A stretch of 64,000 bases of DNA from Gemmatimonadales bacterium (GCA_965249575.1 OZ252244.1:3392001-3456000); one strand, 5' to 3'; positions 39,073 to 49,959 are shown, numbered from the stretch's first letter. Notes: a model not told the origin generated them from the sequence alone. Numbers and translations: made by a program.

Positions 39073-40656
39073 ATGCCAGCGGATACCGTTGTTGTGCTCG
39101 TTCTGGCCGTCATCGGCACTGCTCTGCTTGCCGGGACGGCCTTTTTCCTGTTCGGCCGGCGCGCGGAACGGCACCAGGCCGAAGCGGAAGGTCGTGCCGG
39201 CCGCCAACAGGCCGACCGGTTGCTGGGGGAGGCGCGTCGTGACGCCGACGTTGCCCGGACCGAGGCCCTGCTGGCGGCGAAAGAAGAGATCATCAAGGCT
39301 CGCGAGCTCTGGGAGGATGACGTCCGGCAGCGGCGGGAGGAGATCGGCCGGCACGAGCAACGTCTCGAGGAGCGCGACATTTTGGTGGATCGAAAGCTCC
39401 ATGCGCTCGACGAGCGAGAGCGGACCTTGGGCAAGCAGGAGCAATCACTGGAGCAGCGCGACAGCAACTTGCAGGCGAAAGAAGATGAGGTCACCGCGCT
39501 GCGCGAGCAACATCGGGAGAAGCTCGAGCAAATGTCGGGGATGACGGCCGACGACGCGAAAGCGCAGTTGATCCACGACATCACCGACGAAGCCCGTGGC
39601 GCGGCGGCCGCCAGCATTCGCGACATCAAAGAGGCGGCCAAGCGGACCGCCGATCGCGAGGCCAAGAAGATCGTCGCACTGGCCGTGCAGCGAATCGCGT
39701 CGGAGACAACCGCGGAGGTGAGCGTCTCGGCGGTCGCACTCCCCAACGACGACATGAAGGGACGGATCATTGGGCGGGAAGGCCGCAATATCCGGGCGTT
39801 CGAGACCGCCACCGGAGTGGACGTGATCGTCGACGACACTCCCGATACCGTGATCGTGTCGTGCTTCGATCCGGTCCGGAGAGAGGTGGCGCGCCGGGCA
39901 CTCGAGCAACTCATTGCCGACGGCCGGATCCACCCCGGCCGGATCGAAGAGGTCGTGGCCAATGTGCATAAGGAGGTCGATGGGGAGATCGTCCAAGCCG
40001 GCGAGCAGGCGACCTATGAAACCGGCATCCACGGGATGCATCCGGAGCTGATGAAGCTCGTTGGACGGATGAAGTTTCGACGCTCGTACGGCCAAAACAT
40101 CTACGCTCATTCCAAAGAGGTGGCCTGGCTCGCGGGTATCATGGCTGCCGAGTTGAAGCTGGACGTTCATCTGGCGAAACGCGGCGGGCTCCTGCATGAC
40201 GTCGGCAAGGTGCTGACGCACGCGCACGAGGGGACCCACGTCGAGCTTGGCGTAGAAGTAGCGACCAAATACGGTGAGGAGGCAGTCGTCATCAACTGTA
40301 TTGCGGCCCACCATGACGACGTGCCGCACGAGACCCCGATATCGGTCATCGTGCAGGCCGCCGATGCAGTGAGTGGTTCCCGCCCCGGTGCGCGGCGCGA
40401 AGCGTTCGAGACTTACGTGAAACGGTTGACGCGACTCGAAGAAATCGCCGGCGGTTTTGACGGTGTCGATCGCTGCTTTGCAGTTCAGGCGGGTCGGGAA
40501 GTGCGCATCATCGTGACGCCGGAACGAGTCAGCGACGATGGGGCGTCGGAGCTCGCTGAACAAGTGGCTCGGAAAATTGAAAACGAGCTGCAGTACCCGG
40601 GGCAGATACGAGTTGTGGTGCTCCGCGAGACACGGGCGGTGGATGTTGCCCGCTGA
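39073..40656 (+). CDS. rny: Ribonuclease Y
   Basis: N-terminal TM helix, coiled coil, KH domain (KGRIIGREGRNIR) and HD domain (LLHDVGK). Confidence 0.97.
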   Translation: MPADTVVVLVLAVIGTALLAGTAFFLFGRRAERHQAEAEGRAGRQQADRLLGEARRDADVARTEALLAAKEEIIKARELWEDDVRQRREEIGRHEQRLEERDILVDRKLHALDERERTLGKQEQSLEQRDSNLQAKEDEVTALREQHREKLEQMSGMTADDAKAQLIHDITDEARGAAAASIRDIKEAAKRTADREAKKIVALAVQRIASETTAEVSVSAVALPNDDMKGRIIGREGRNIRAFETATGVDVIVDDTPDTVIVSCFDPVRREVARRALEQLIADGRIHPGRIEEVVANVHKEVDGEIVQAGEQATYETGIHGMHPELMKLVGRMKFRRSYGQNIYAHSKEVAWLAGIMAAELKLDVHLAKRGGLLHDVGKVLTHAHEGTHVELGVEVATKYGEEAVVINCIAAHHDDVPHETPISVIVQAADAVSGSRPGARREAFETYVKRLTRLEEIAGGFDGVDRCFAVQAGREVRIIVTPERVSDDGASELAEQVARKIENELQYPGQIRVVVLRETRAVDVAR

Positions 40657-41530
40657 GACCATCAGCGGTACCGACGTCGGTCGCGCTATGCGGACGGAGC
40701 TCGCTCCGCGGATCGAGGGGCTCGCCGGCCGGGGCATCCAGCCCGGATTGGCGGTCGTGCTCGTGGGCGAGAACCCATCGAGCCAGGTCTACGTCAAGAT
40801 GAAAGGACGGGCCTGCGAGGAAGCCGGGATGCGGAGCGAGTCCGTTAGGTTGCCGGGCGAGACATCAGAGAAGGAGCTGCTCGCCGAGATCGACCGCCTT
40901 AACGCGGACGACCAGATTCACGGTATGTTGGTGCAGCTGCCGCTGCCCGGACAGATCGACACGCAGCGAGTGCTACGTGCGGTGGCTCCCCACAAGGACG
41001 TCGATGGCTTTCATCCGGAGAATGTGGGCAAAGTCGTCTTGGGCGATCCCACTGGCTTTCGTCCCGCGACACCGCTTGGGGTTTTGCAGCTGTTGCTCCG
41101 GAGTGGCGCGGAGACGTGTGGCGCACATGCGGTGATCGTCGGCCGTTCGAACATCGTTGGGCGGCCAATGGCGGCCTTGCTCCTCCAGAACGCGCCGGGG
41201 GGCAATGCGACCGTTACGGTGTGCCACTCCCGCACGCGGGACCTACCCGATGTGACCCGACAGGCTGATATTCTGATCGTCGCGATCGGGCGGGCGGAAT
41301 TCGTCACGGGCGACATGGTCAAGCCAGGCGCGGTGGTGATCGACGTCGGTACCAATCGGGTGGACGATGCGAGCGCAAAGAAGGGCTTCCGTTTGGTCGG
41401 TGACGTTACGTTCGACAGCGCGCGTCAGGTGGCCTCGGCGATCACGCCGGTCCCCGGTGGGGTGGGACCGATGACTATCACGATGCTGCTCTACAACACC
41501 GTGCAGGCAGCAGAACAGTGGGCGAGCTAG
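40643..41530 (+). CDS. folD: Bifunctional methylene-THF dehydrogenase/cyclohydrolase
   Basis: PGLAVVLVG, QLPLP, KDVDGFHP, GRSNIVG and TPVPGGVGPMT motifs. Confidence 0.97.
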   Translation: MLPAETISGTDVGRAMRTELAPRIEGLAGRGIQPGLAVVLVGENPSSQVYVKMKGRACEEAGMRSESVRLPGETSEKELLAEIDRLNADDQIHGMLVQLPLPGQIDTQRVLRAVAPHKDVDGFHPENVGKVVLGDPTGFRPATPLGVLQLLLRSGAETCGAHAVIVGRSNIVGRPMAALLLQNAPGGNATVTVCHSRTRDLPDVTRQADILIVAIGRAEFVTGDMVKPGAVVIDVGTNRVDDASAKKGFRLVGDVTFDSARQVASAITPVPGGVGPMTITMLLYNTVQAAEQWAS

Positions 41531-42687
41531 ACCTCTTCGCCGAAGCGGACGCTCCGGGTCCGACCGGCGTCTGGAGTATCCTGGATGTGACCCGCCGCGC
41601 GCACCGTGTGGTCGAAGCAGGTTTCGGCAGGATCTGGGTTCGAGGAGAGGTCACCGGTTTCAAGAAGTACCGTAGTGGGCACTGGTACTTTACCCTCCGT
41701 GACAAACAGGCCCAAGTCAGATGCGTCATGTGGCGGCTCGACAACCGGCGCTTGCGTGGAGTCCCGGAGGAGGGGACGCAGGTGCACGTGGCGGCGCGCC
41801 CAACCGTGTGGGAGGAGCGGGGCGAGCTGCGACTCACGGTAAAGCAGCTGCTACCGACGGCTGCCGACGGGCTGTGGCAGGTGGAGCTGGAACAGGCCAA
41901 GGCCGCACTCGAGCGGGATGGGCTTCTCGATGCCAGCCGGAAGCGCCGGTTGCCGCCCTATCCCTCACGAATCGCGGTGGTGACGAGTCCCGATGGGGCG
42001 GCGGTCCGGGACATCATTTCCGTGCTCACCCGACGATGGCCGTCGACCGAGCTTCTCGTGGTGCCCACGCGGGTGCAGGGTGACGGAGCCGTCCAGGAGC
42101 TCTGTGCCGCGCTGGCGCTGGTGAATCGCATTCCGGCCCTCGACTTGGTCATTCTCGCTCGCGGCGGCGGGGCGCGCGAAGATCTCTGGGCGTTCAATCG
42201 AGAGCGGGTGGCGCGTGCGGTCGCCTCCCTCGCGGCACCGTCCATATCGGCTGTGGGCCACGAGACGGACACATCGCTCACGGATCTCGTGGCCGATGTC
42301 CGCTCGCCAACCCCCTCCGCCGCGGCCGAGGCTGCCGTGCCCGACTGTCGTTCGGAGCTCGAGGGGCTCGACGATCTCGCGCGCCGGCTGGCCGGGGGCC
42401 TCACGAGCCGGACGCAGTTGGCCAATGAGCGCCTCGAGCGCACGGCCGATCGTCTCACCGCCGGCACACAGGCCCGGTTCGAGCGGGAGGGGTCTCGGTT
42501 GGTCCAGCTGGGCGCGGAGCTGGAAGCGTTGAGTCCGCTTCGCGTCCTGGCGCGAGGGTACGCGGTGGCTCGGAACCGTGAGGGATCGCTCCTCAGACGT
42601 GTCGGGCAATTCGCGCCCAACCAGACCTTTCGCTTGACCGTGAGTGACGGCGACGTGGAAGCACGGGCGGTCGGCGATTCTCCATGA
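41518..42687 (+). CDS. xseA: Exodeoxyribonuclease VII large subunit
   Basis: SGHWYFTLRD, RGGG, SAVGHETD, TPSAAAE and LARGY motifs. Confidence 0.96.
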   Translation: MGELDLFAEADAPGPTGVWSILDVTRRAHRVVEAGFGRIWVRGEVTGFKKYRSGHWYFTLRDKQAQVRCVMWRLDNRRLRGVPEEGTQVHVAARPTVWEERGELRLTVKQLLPTAADGLWQVELEQAKAALERDGLLDASRKRRLPPYPSRIAVVTSPDGAAVRDIISVLTRRWPSTELLVVPTRVQGDGAVQELCAALALVNRIPALDLVILARGGGAREDLWAFNRERVARAVASLAAPSISAVGHETDTSLTDLVADVRSPTPSAAAEAAVPDCRSELEGLDDLARRLAGGLTSRTQLANERLERTADRLTAGTQARFEREGSRLVQLGAELEALSPLRVLARGYAVARNREGSLLRRVGQFAPNQTFRLTVSDGDVEARAVGDSP

Positions 42688-42908
42688 CGGACAAGCCCTC
42701 GTTCAGCCGGGAGCTTTCCGAGCTCGAAGCGGTTGTTCGATCTCTCGAGGCCGACGATCTGGATCTCGACCGGGCACTCGATCTCTTCGAAGAGGGAGTC
42801 AAGCGCCTCAAGACCGCCCGCGACCTGCTTCGTCAATCTGAGCTTACCGTGAAGCGCATCCTGGAGGGGGCCGATGGAACGCTTTCGGCCGACGATTTCG
42901 ACGGCTGA
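42684..42908 (+). CDS. xseB: Exodeoxyribonuclease VII small subunit
   Basis: SF...LE..V..LE...L.LD.AL..FEEG pattern. Confidence 0.93.
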   Translation: MTDKPSFSRELSELEAVVRSLEADDLDLDRALDLFEEGVKRLKTARDLLRQSELTVKRILEGADGTLSADDFDG

Positions 42909-43794
42909 CTGGCGCCGGTTCTGGGAGGAAGCCCGGACCGCGATCGGTCGGGTGCTGGTGCGGTGGACCGAGTGGGTGGCGAGTGACGTGCCGGGCCCGG
43001 TGGGCGACGTCATAGCCTACAGCCTCGCCAGGGAGGGCAAGCGGCTCCGACCCGCATTGGTCATGGCGGTCCATCGCGAACTGGGTGGCACCGGGGACGC
43101 CAGCGAACTCGCGGCGGCAGTTGAAGTCGTGCACACCTACTCGCTCGTTCACGATGATCTACCATGCATGGACGACGACGACCTGCGCCGCGGCTGGCCC
43201 ACGGCACACCGAAAGTTCGGTGTCGCGGCGGCCACTGAGGCTGGATATCGCATGGTGCCACTCGCCGCCCAGATACTGGCCGCCGGGGCGAAGCGTCTCG
43301 GGCTGGTGGCCGGCACAGTCGGGCAGATCGGCGAGGAGTTGTTTCGCGCCGCTGGCGCGGCCGGCATGGTTGGCGGGCAAGCGCTCGATCTGCTCGCGGA
43401 GGGACGGGCGGTATCCCCGGAGGGGCTCATCGAGATTCACCAGCGGAAGACCGGCGCGCTCATCCGCGCCAGCGCGTCGATGGGCGCGATCGCGGCGGGT
43501 GCCCCGGCACACCGGGTGGAGGCCGTGCGGTCGTTCGGGAACGCCGCGGGGATCGCGTTTCAGATCGTGGACGATGTCTTGGACGTGACGTCGACATCCG
43601 GTGAGCTCGGCAAGGCTGCCGGCAAGGACGCTGCGCGCCGTAAAGCGAGCTATGCGACCCTCGTGGGTCCCGAGACGGCCCGCAAGGAGGCACAGACCTA
43701 TGCCCGGGCTGCAGTGGACCATCTGGGGGCCGGCGGGATAGATTCCTCTTTACTCGAACAGGTGGCTCACTTCATCGTTCACCGCCGCCGGTAA
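42874..43794 (+). CDS. ispA: Polyprenyl (farnesyl/geranylgeranyl) diphosphate synthase
   Basis: GKRLRP, HDDLPCMDDDDLRRG, KTGAL and FQIVDDVLD motifs; xseB-ispA-dxs order. Start uncertain. Confidence 0.9.
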   Translation: MERFRPTISTADWRRFWEEARTAIGRVLVRWTEWVASDVPGPVGDVIAYSLAREGKRLRPALVMAVHRELGGTGDASELAAAVEVVHTYSLVHDDLPCMDDDDLRRGWPTAHRKFGVAAATEAGYRMVPLAAQILAAGAKRLGLVAGTVGQIGEELFRAAGAAGMVGGQALDLLAEGRAVSPEGLIEIHQRKTGALIRASASMGAIAAGAPAHRVEAVRSFGNAAGIAFQIVDDVLDVTSTSGELGKAAGKDAARRKASYATLVGPETARKEAQTYARAAVDHLGAGGIDSSLLEQVAHFIVHRRR

Positions 43795-43815
43795 CGCGGC
43801 CCAACCCGGATTCCG

Positions 43816-45717
43816 ATGCCTTTCTTAGAGTCGATCGATGACGCGAAGGAGGTGCGGAGCATTCCCGCGAGCGAGTTGCCCCATCTCGCCGAGGAGTTGC
43901 GCCAGCGCCTGATCGAGGTGGTCTCGAAGACCGGCGGACATATCGGCGCGGGACTGGGTGTGGTCGAGCTGACGATCGCGCTGCTCCACAGCTTCGACTC
44001 GCCCGTAGACAAGATTCTCTGGGACGTCGGGCATCAGGGCTATCCGTGGAAACTCCTCACGGGCCGCAACGACCGGTTCCCAACGCTGCGACAGGCCGAG
44101 GGACTCTCGGGATTCCTGCGGCGTACCGAGAGCGAGCACGATCATTTCGGAGCAGGACACGCCGGCACGGCGCTGTCCGCCGCCTTCGGTGTGGCGACCG
44201 CCCGTGACCTCAAGGAAGAATCGTTTCATGTGGTTGCGGTGGTGGGTGACGGCGCGCTGACATGTGGGCTTCCCTACGAAGCGATGAACAATGCGGGACA
44301 CTCCGAGCGCGACGTCATCTTGGTGGTCAACGACAACGGAATGTCGATCGCCCCGAATGTGGGCGCCATCAACAAGTACCTGGGGTCCGTGATTGCCAGC
44401 CCCATTACCAACCGCGTGCGCGATCGTGTCAAGCAGGTGATTGAGAAAACGTCGCAGGTGGTGGGTGGCAAACCGATGGTGGAGTTCGCGAAGAACATCG
44501 AGGAGAGTATCAAGAACCTCTGGTCTCCGGGCATGCTATTCGAGGAGTTGGGATTCCGTTACTTCGGACCCATCGACGGACACAACATCGATGCGCTGCT
44601 CCGGACGTTCGAGTTGGTCAAGGGGTTGAAAGGGCCCCGCGTTGTTCACGTGATTACCGAGAAGGGCAAGGGGTTCCCGTACCGCGAGCCTGATCTGGAG
44701 AAGTTCCACGCCCGCAATCCCTACGATCCCGTCACTGGGGAGCTCAAGCCGGTCGGGGAGGGACCGCCGGCATGGACGAAGGTCTTTGGACGCGCGATCA
44801 CCGAACTTGCCGCGGAGCATGAGGAGATCGTTGCGATCACCGCGGCCATGCCCTCTGGGACCGGGACCAACATCTTCCAGAAGCGGTGGCCGGACCGCTT
44901 TTTCGACGTCGGGATCGCAGAGGCCCACGCTACCACCTTCGCCGCAGGCCTCGCCACCCAGGGCATCCGTCCGATCGTCGCGATTTACTCGACGTTCCTA
45001 CAGCGTGCATACGACTCCATCATTCACGATGTTGCGATTCAGGGGCTACCGGTCACGTTCTGCCTCGACAGGGCGGGCATGGTGGGGGCGGATGGTCAGA
45101 CGCACATGGGCCTGTACGACATCGCCTATTTGCTTGCGGTTCCGAACATGACCGTCACTCAGCCGCGAGACGGAGCGGAGCTGATCGGCCTCCTGCGCAC
45201 CGCCATGGAGCACAAGTCCGGTCCGTTCAGCCTTCGGTATCCGCGCGACAAGGTGCCGGCGCCTGCACCACCGGCTGCTGAGGTCTCCGCGATCCCATAC
45301 GGCACGTGGGAGCAGCTGCGCCCGGGACGCGAGTGCGCGATCCTCGCGGTCGGCGTGATGTGTCAGCCGGCTATGGAGGCAGCGGAGGCATTGGAAGGTG
45401 AGGGTTTCGACGTCACCGTGGTCAATTGCCGATTCCTCAAACCGCTCGATCGCGCGATGCTCGAGTCCCTCGTCACCGAGCACCGACTGCTGATCACCGT
45501 GGAGGACGGAACGGTCGTGAATGGCTTCGGTGCCTGCGTGGCGGCGGCTGTGGAGGCGCTCGCGGCGGACGTGCGCGTTGCGGTCCTCGGCGCGCCTGAT
45601 CGCACCTACGAGCATGGGCCGCGCGCGGTCCAGCTTGCCGAGGCCGGTCTCGACGGACCGGGGATCGCGGCGCGCGTGCGGGCGTGGGCCGCCGAGGAGA
45701 GCCTTTCGGCCACATGA
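43816..45717 (+). CDS. dxs: 1-deoxy-D-xylulose-5-phosphate synthase
   Basis: GGHIGAGLGVVELT, DVGHQ, GDGA, DVGIAE and YSTFLQRAYD motifs. Confidence 0.97.
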   Translation: MPFLESIDDAKEVRSIPASELPHLAEELRQRLIEVVSKTGGHIGAGLGVVELTIALLHSFDSPVDKILWDVGHQGYPWKLLTGRNDRFPTLRQAEGLSGFLRRTESEHDHFGAGHAGTALSAAFGVATARDLKEESFHVVAVVGDGALTCGLPYEAMNNAGHSERDVILVVNDNGMSIAPNVGAINKYLGSVIASPITNRVRDRVKQVIEKTSQVVGGKPMVEFAKNIEESIKNLWSPGMLFEELGFRYFGPIDGHNIDALLRTFELVKGLKGPRVVHVITEKGKGFPYREPDLEKFHARNPYDPVTGELKPVGEGPPAWTKVFGRAITELAAEHEEIVAITAAMPSGTGTNIFQKRWPDRFFDVGIAEAHATTFAAGLATQGIRPIVAIYSTFLQRAYDSIIHDVAIQGLPVTFCLDRAGMVGADGQTHMGLYDIAYLLAVPNMTVTQPRDGAELIGLLRTAMEHKSGPFSLRYPRDKVPAPAPPAAEVSAIPYGTWEQLRPGRECAILAVGVMCQPAMEAAEALEGEGFDVTVVNCRFLKPLDRAMLESLVTEHRLLITVEDGTVVNGFGACVAAAVEALAADVRVAVLGAPDRTYEHGPRAVQLAEAGLDGPGIAARVRAWAAEESLSAT

Positions 45718-46586
45718 ACGTTGGCGTGGTCGGGAACCCGCGGTACCGCGATCTGCGGGAACACCTAGCACGCCTTGCTTCGACAGCACCGCGCTACGGC
45801 ATGAAACTCGTAGGAGAGGCCGCGCTCGCCGAGTTGTGGCCGTCGCCGCTTCCCGCACTGGAATCCAACGAGACGTCTCTCGACCTTCTGCTGAGCCTCG
45901 GAGGGGACGGGACGCTGCTGCGCGGAGCTCGGCTGACCGCGGAGCGCCAAGTGCCGATCCTCGGTGTGAACCTTGGTCGCGTCGGGTTTCTCTCCTCCGC
46001 AGGCCCGGATACGCTGGAGACCGCGCTAGAGGCCGTCGCGCAAAAGGATTTCCACCTCGAGAATCGCAGTACGCTCGAATCCCATATCGTTGACGAGCAG
46101 GGCGAGATTCGGCCGGGAACGCTAGCTCTGAACGACGTGGTGGTCCACAAGGCCGGGGTCGCCCGGGTCGTGCACCTGCGGGTACTCATCGACCGCGAGG
46201 AAGTCGGCCAGTACAGTGCCGACGGGATAATCGTCGCGACGCCGACTGGCTCGACGGCCTATTCGCTCAGTGCCGGCGGCCCGGTCGTCATGCCGGGAGT
46301 CGAGGCCCTAGTGGTGACCGCGATTTGTCCCCACACGCTGGCCGTACGGCCCTTGGTGGTATCGGGGGATGCGGAGATCGATATTGCCGTCGTGCCGCCA
46401 TTGTCCGACGAGGTACTCGTCTCCTATGACGGTCAGGTTGGTACCACGCTGCAGTCTCAGGATCGCGTGGTCGTTCGCCGCGGCGCCACGGCCGTTCGTT
46501 TGATCCGGCTCGGGAAGGAAGGATTCTTTGCCCGGGTGCGAAACAAGCTACAGTGGGGTGACCTGAGCGACCGTCAAAGGGCCTGA
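45714..46586 (+). CDS. nadK: NAD(+) kinase
   Basis: GGDGT, GRVGFL, LND and TPTGSTAYSLSAGGP motifs. Confidence 0.96.
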   Translation: MNVGVVGNPRYRDLREHLARLASTAPRYGMKLVGEAALAELWPSPLPALESNETSLDLLLSLGGDGTLLRGARLTAERQVPILGVNLGRVGFLSSAGPDTLETALEAVAQKDFHLENRSTLESHIVDEQGEIRPGTLALNDVVVHKAGVARVVHLRVLIDREEVGQYSADGIIVATPTGSTAYSLSAGGPVVMPGVEALVVTAICPHTLAVRPLVVSGDAEIDIAVVPPLSDEVLVSYDGQVGTTLQSQDRVVVRRGATAVRLIRLGKEGFFARVRNKLQWGDLSDRQRA

Positions 46587-46588
46587 CC

Positions 46589-48271
46589 GTGCTCAACGAG
46601 CTGCGCGTTCGAAACCTCGCGGTCATTGCCGACGTCACGATACCCCTCCGAGCGGGTCTCAACGTTCTGACCGGTGAGACCGGCGCAGGCAAATCCATGC
46701 TCATCGATGCGCTGGCCCTGCTCCTGGGCGAGCGAGCCAGCGCCGACCTGGTGCGGCCTGGCGCACCCAGGGCAATCGTCGAGGCGGCGTTTGAGTTCGC
46801 TGACGAGTCACGACTTGCCGAGTTCGCTGAGAATGCGGGCGTCGACCTGGAGGACGGGCGCCTCGTGGTTCGCCGCGACATCAACGCGGAGGGCCGGAAC
46901 CGAGCTTGGGCGAACGGGAGTCCCGCGACCGTGGCGGCTCTCGCTTCGATTGGGCGGCATGTGGTGGACCTGCACGGACAGCACGAGGCACAGTCTCTTC
47001 TCCACCCTGCGGCGCAACGAGAAATGCTCGACGCCTTCGGCAATGCCGGACGCGAGCGGCAAGTGGTCAGCGAGGCGTTCGAGCAAGCCGGGGTGCTCCG
47101 GTCCGAAGAGGCCGATCTGGCCAGCCGTCTGGACGACATCAAGAAGCGAGCGGACTACCTCCGTCACGTCGCGCGCGAGATCGCGGACGCACAGCCGGTG
47201 CCCGCGGAAGACGAGGCGCTCGCGATCGAAGCGGCGCGCCTGGCGAATGCCGAGGAGCTGATCCGGCAGGCGGAGCAGTTCGCCGAGCTCGTCGACGGTG
47301 AGGAAGTCGGCGCGTTGGAGGCGCTCAGGCAGGCCGATCGAATACTCGCACACCTCGAGCGGATCGATGGCACGGTTTCGAAGTGGCGGGAGATACTGGA
47401 GAGTGCCGAGGCGGGCCTGGGCGAGATCGCTCGCGATGCGCGGCAGTACGCGGCGGGCATCGAACTTGATCCCGGACGGCTCGAGGCGGTGGAGCAGCGG
47501 CGCGACGTGCTGTTCAAACTCACGCAGAAATACGGACCGACCATCGCCGATGTTGAGCGTACGGGCTCGGAGGCGCAGCGCGAGCTGGAAACGCTGGATA
47601 CTGCCGACACGGAGCTCGAGCGGCTCGCCGAGCGGAGGGAGGTAGCCGACGCGGAGCTGGCGCGGGCGTGCCGCAGTCTCACGGCTAGGCGTGTAAGCAC
47701 CGGCAAGCGCCTGTCCCGCGCGGTTGAGCGGCTGCTTCCGAACCTGGGGCTCCCGGACGGGCGGTTTCAGGTCCTGGTGTCTCCCAGCGACCGTGCCGGG
47801 CAGACGGGCGCCGATAGCATCACGTTTCTCGTCCAGCTCAATGTGGGTCTGGATCCGCGGCCGCTCGCCCAGGTCGCGAGCGGGGGGGAATTATCGCGCA
47901 TCATGCTCGCCCTGAAGGTGGTTCTCGCGGAGCACGACCACGTGCCGATTCTCGTATTTGACGAGATCGATCAGGGAATCGGGGCCGAGGTAGGGCACCG
48001 CGTCGCCGACGCCCTGTCCGAGGTCGCTCGCGCCCATCAAGTCCTGGTCATCACGCATCTGCCTCAGATCGCCGCTCGCGCCGCCCATCATCTTGCTGTC
48101 TCGAAGCAGGACCGGGGCGGCGTCGCGACCGCAGACGTCCGAGCGCTCGATGAGGATGAGCGAATCGGCGAGATTGCGCGCATGCTCGGGGGAGGTGCCG
48201 ACCCCGTGTTGCGGCAGCATGCGGAGGAGCTACTGAGAAAACCCGGGCGGCGGGAGCCGGCGAGTCGCTGA
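46589..48271 (+). CDS. recN: DNA repair protein RecN
   Basis: TGETGAGKS, HGQH, SGGELSR, FDEID and ITHLPQIAA motifs. Confidence 0.97.
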   Translation: MLNELRVRNLAVIADVTIPLRAGLNVLTGETGAGKSMLIDALALLLGERASADLVRPGAPRAIVEAAFEFADESRLAEFAENAGVDLEDGRLVVRRDINAEGRNRAWANGSPATVAALASIGRHVVDLHGQHEAQSLLHPAAQREMLDAFGNAGRERQVVSEAFEQAGVLRSEEADLASRLDDIKKRADYLRHVAREIADAQPVPAEDEALAIEAARLANAEELIRQAEQFAELVDGEEVGALEALRQADRILAHLERIDGTVSKWREILESAEAGLGEIARDARQYAAGIELDPGRLEAVEQRRDVLFKLTQKYGPTIADVERTGSEAQRELETLDTADTELERLAERREVADAELARACRSLTARRVSTGKRLSRAVERLLPNLGLPDGRFQVLVSPSDRAGQTGADSITFLVQLNVGLDPRPLAQVASGGELSRIMLALKVVLAEHDHVPILVFDEIDQGIGAEVGHRVADALSEVARAHQVLVITHLPQIAARAAHHLAVSKQDRGGVATADVRALDEDERIGEIARMLGGGADPVLRQHAEELLRKPGRREPASR

Positions 48272-49912
48272 CTCGACTTCCTGTGCGGGAGGATCCGCGG
48301 CCGGGTCCGGCTCGCGCGGGGCACCGCCAAACAGCCGGTAGAAAAGCCGCAGGTAGAGGTTGATGGATACGCCTTTAGGGGTGAATCCGCCGGAGCCCGA
48401 GAAGACGGCCCGATACGCGAGCCCGGCCTCGATGGGCAACGCCGCCGCGCCACGATTCCGGGTAGATCGATAGGCCAGTCCAGCCCCGTAGCTCAGCGAA
48501 GTCATTTCGCTCTCGATTGCGAGCACGGAAGCGGCTGATGCGCCCGAGCCCCCTCCATACGAATCCGCGGATTTCCGGAAGAAACGGACCGCGCCGTAAA
48601 TTCGAAAAGCGGGGTGGAGGTGGAGCGTGGGATACGCTCCAAACGTCAGAATGTCTCCCAAGCTCCGATCCACCATCTCGGCCGTCGAGGCAAACGCAAT
48701 CGGCTCGTGCGGTGACGTGACGCGGCGCGCGAGGCGATCGCTGAGCTGTCTGGTATACGTTGCGTTGACCGCGAAGCTCAGTGCTTCGGCTGGTTGAACG
48801 AAGCCCTCGAGTGTGGCCTTCAAGTCCAGCTGGCGGTCTCCGGTGCCGAGATCGATGAAATGGTCTGGGGAGTCGCGCATGCCAGTCGGCAGTCGGACCG
48901 TGAGGCCGACGACGGCGCGTGCGGAGGATGTCTGAACCAAGGCGTACCGAGCGCCGACTTCTAGGTCCCCAATTCTGGAGAGCTTGACGTCCTCCAGCGG
49001 GAGCGCGGAGTACCCAAATGCCGGCTCAGTCAGCACGGCGTTCACGTCGCCGTCCTCCAGCCGCCCGTCGGGCAGGGGGAGCATCCCCGAGACCGGCGCG
49101 AGCCCGAGCGCCTGGAGCTGAGCGGAGACATCGGCGACCTCGTTCGTCAGTGCCTGACCGGCGACTGACGCGGCCGTGGGGGCGAAGGGTGGCAGCGGAG
49201 CATTCGTGAATCCGCCGGACGCTGTAACGCCGGTGAGCGTGGTGAGGTTCGACACGAGACTGCGGACGCGCATGGCCAGTGCCTGTGCCTGCATGCAGGA
49301 CGAGCTGCCGGGGCATCCGTAACCCCCTCCGGCGGCGTTCGTCTCCACCGTCTGTGCCGCTGCGTCGAGCTCTGAAAGCAGCGCCGTGATTTCCAGCGCC
49401 CCCGACGAGTTGCCCGACTGAACGGCCGCCTGGTTCCAGCCGGCATCGGCGCCAGTCGTGTCCAACGTGACGGCAGCGCTCACTCGCGAAGTGACGATTG
49501 GGAGCTCGACCCGGAGCGTGAATCGGTCGGTCAGCCCGACAGCGGCGGAGAGTGGGAAGCGGCGGACGTCGGCGTCGAGCTTCGTCTGAAGCATACCGAT
49601 GTTGACTCGGTGGTTGATATCGCCCGTGATGGCTTGTAGCGCGCCGTCGGTCGCCAGCACCGACGGGAAGAGGGTCGATCCGGCCCGGTCGGCGCTGAAA
49701 TCGGTTCCCAGAGCTTCCTGAGATCCGTTTGCCGTGAAGCGCCGGTCGTACGTCTGGTACAAGGGGGAGAACCCGACCCGTAACGCACCGCGGGGAACAG
49801 TTCGGGCGTCGGGCGCTTGGGCCTCGAGGGGAGTGGGGACGATGCCCAGAACGACGGCGCAGGCCGCGAACGCTAGGGTCGAAGTGATCGGGATTGCCGG
49901 CGGCCTCGTCAT
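48230..49912 (-). CDS. Hypothetical exported protein, probable outer-membrane beta-barrel with a helical insertion
   Basis: Signal peptide (PLEA|Q); IGDLEVG, LRLPTG-like and LGTGD motifs typical of phenol MetA-type barrels. Overlaps recN convergently. Confidence 0.65.
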   Translation of the reverse strand: MTRPPAIPITSTLAFAACAVVLGIVPTPLEAQAPDARTVPRGALRVGFSPLYQTYDRRFTANGSQEALGTDFSADRAGSTLFPSVLATDGALQAITGDINHRVNIGMLQTKLDADVRRFPLSAAVGLTDRFTLRVELPIVTSRVSAAVTLDTTGADAGWNQAAVQSGNSSGALEITALLSELDAAAQTVETNAAGGGYGCPGSSSCMQAQALAMRVRSLVSNLTTLTGVTASGGFTNAPLPPFAPTAASVAGQALTNEVADVSAQLQALGLAPVSGMLPLPDGRLEDGDVNAVLTEPAFGYSALPLEDVKLSRIGDLEVGARYALVQTSSARAVVGLTVRLPTGMRDSPDHFIDLGTGDRQLDLKATLEGFVQPAEALSFAVNATYTRQLSDRLARRVTSPHEPIAFASTAEMVDRSLGDILTFGAYPTLHLHPAFRIYGAVRFFRKSADSYGGGSGASAASVLAIESEMTSLSYGAGLAYRSTRNRGAAALPIEAGLAYRAVFSGSGGFTPKGVSINLYLRLFYRLFGGAPREPDPAADPPAQEVESATRRLPPPGFSQ

Positions 49913-49959
49913 GGGTGGCGGGAATCTAAGGCCCGATGTGAGGGGGGCAAAGCGCGCGA

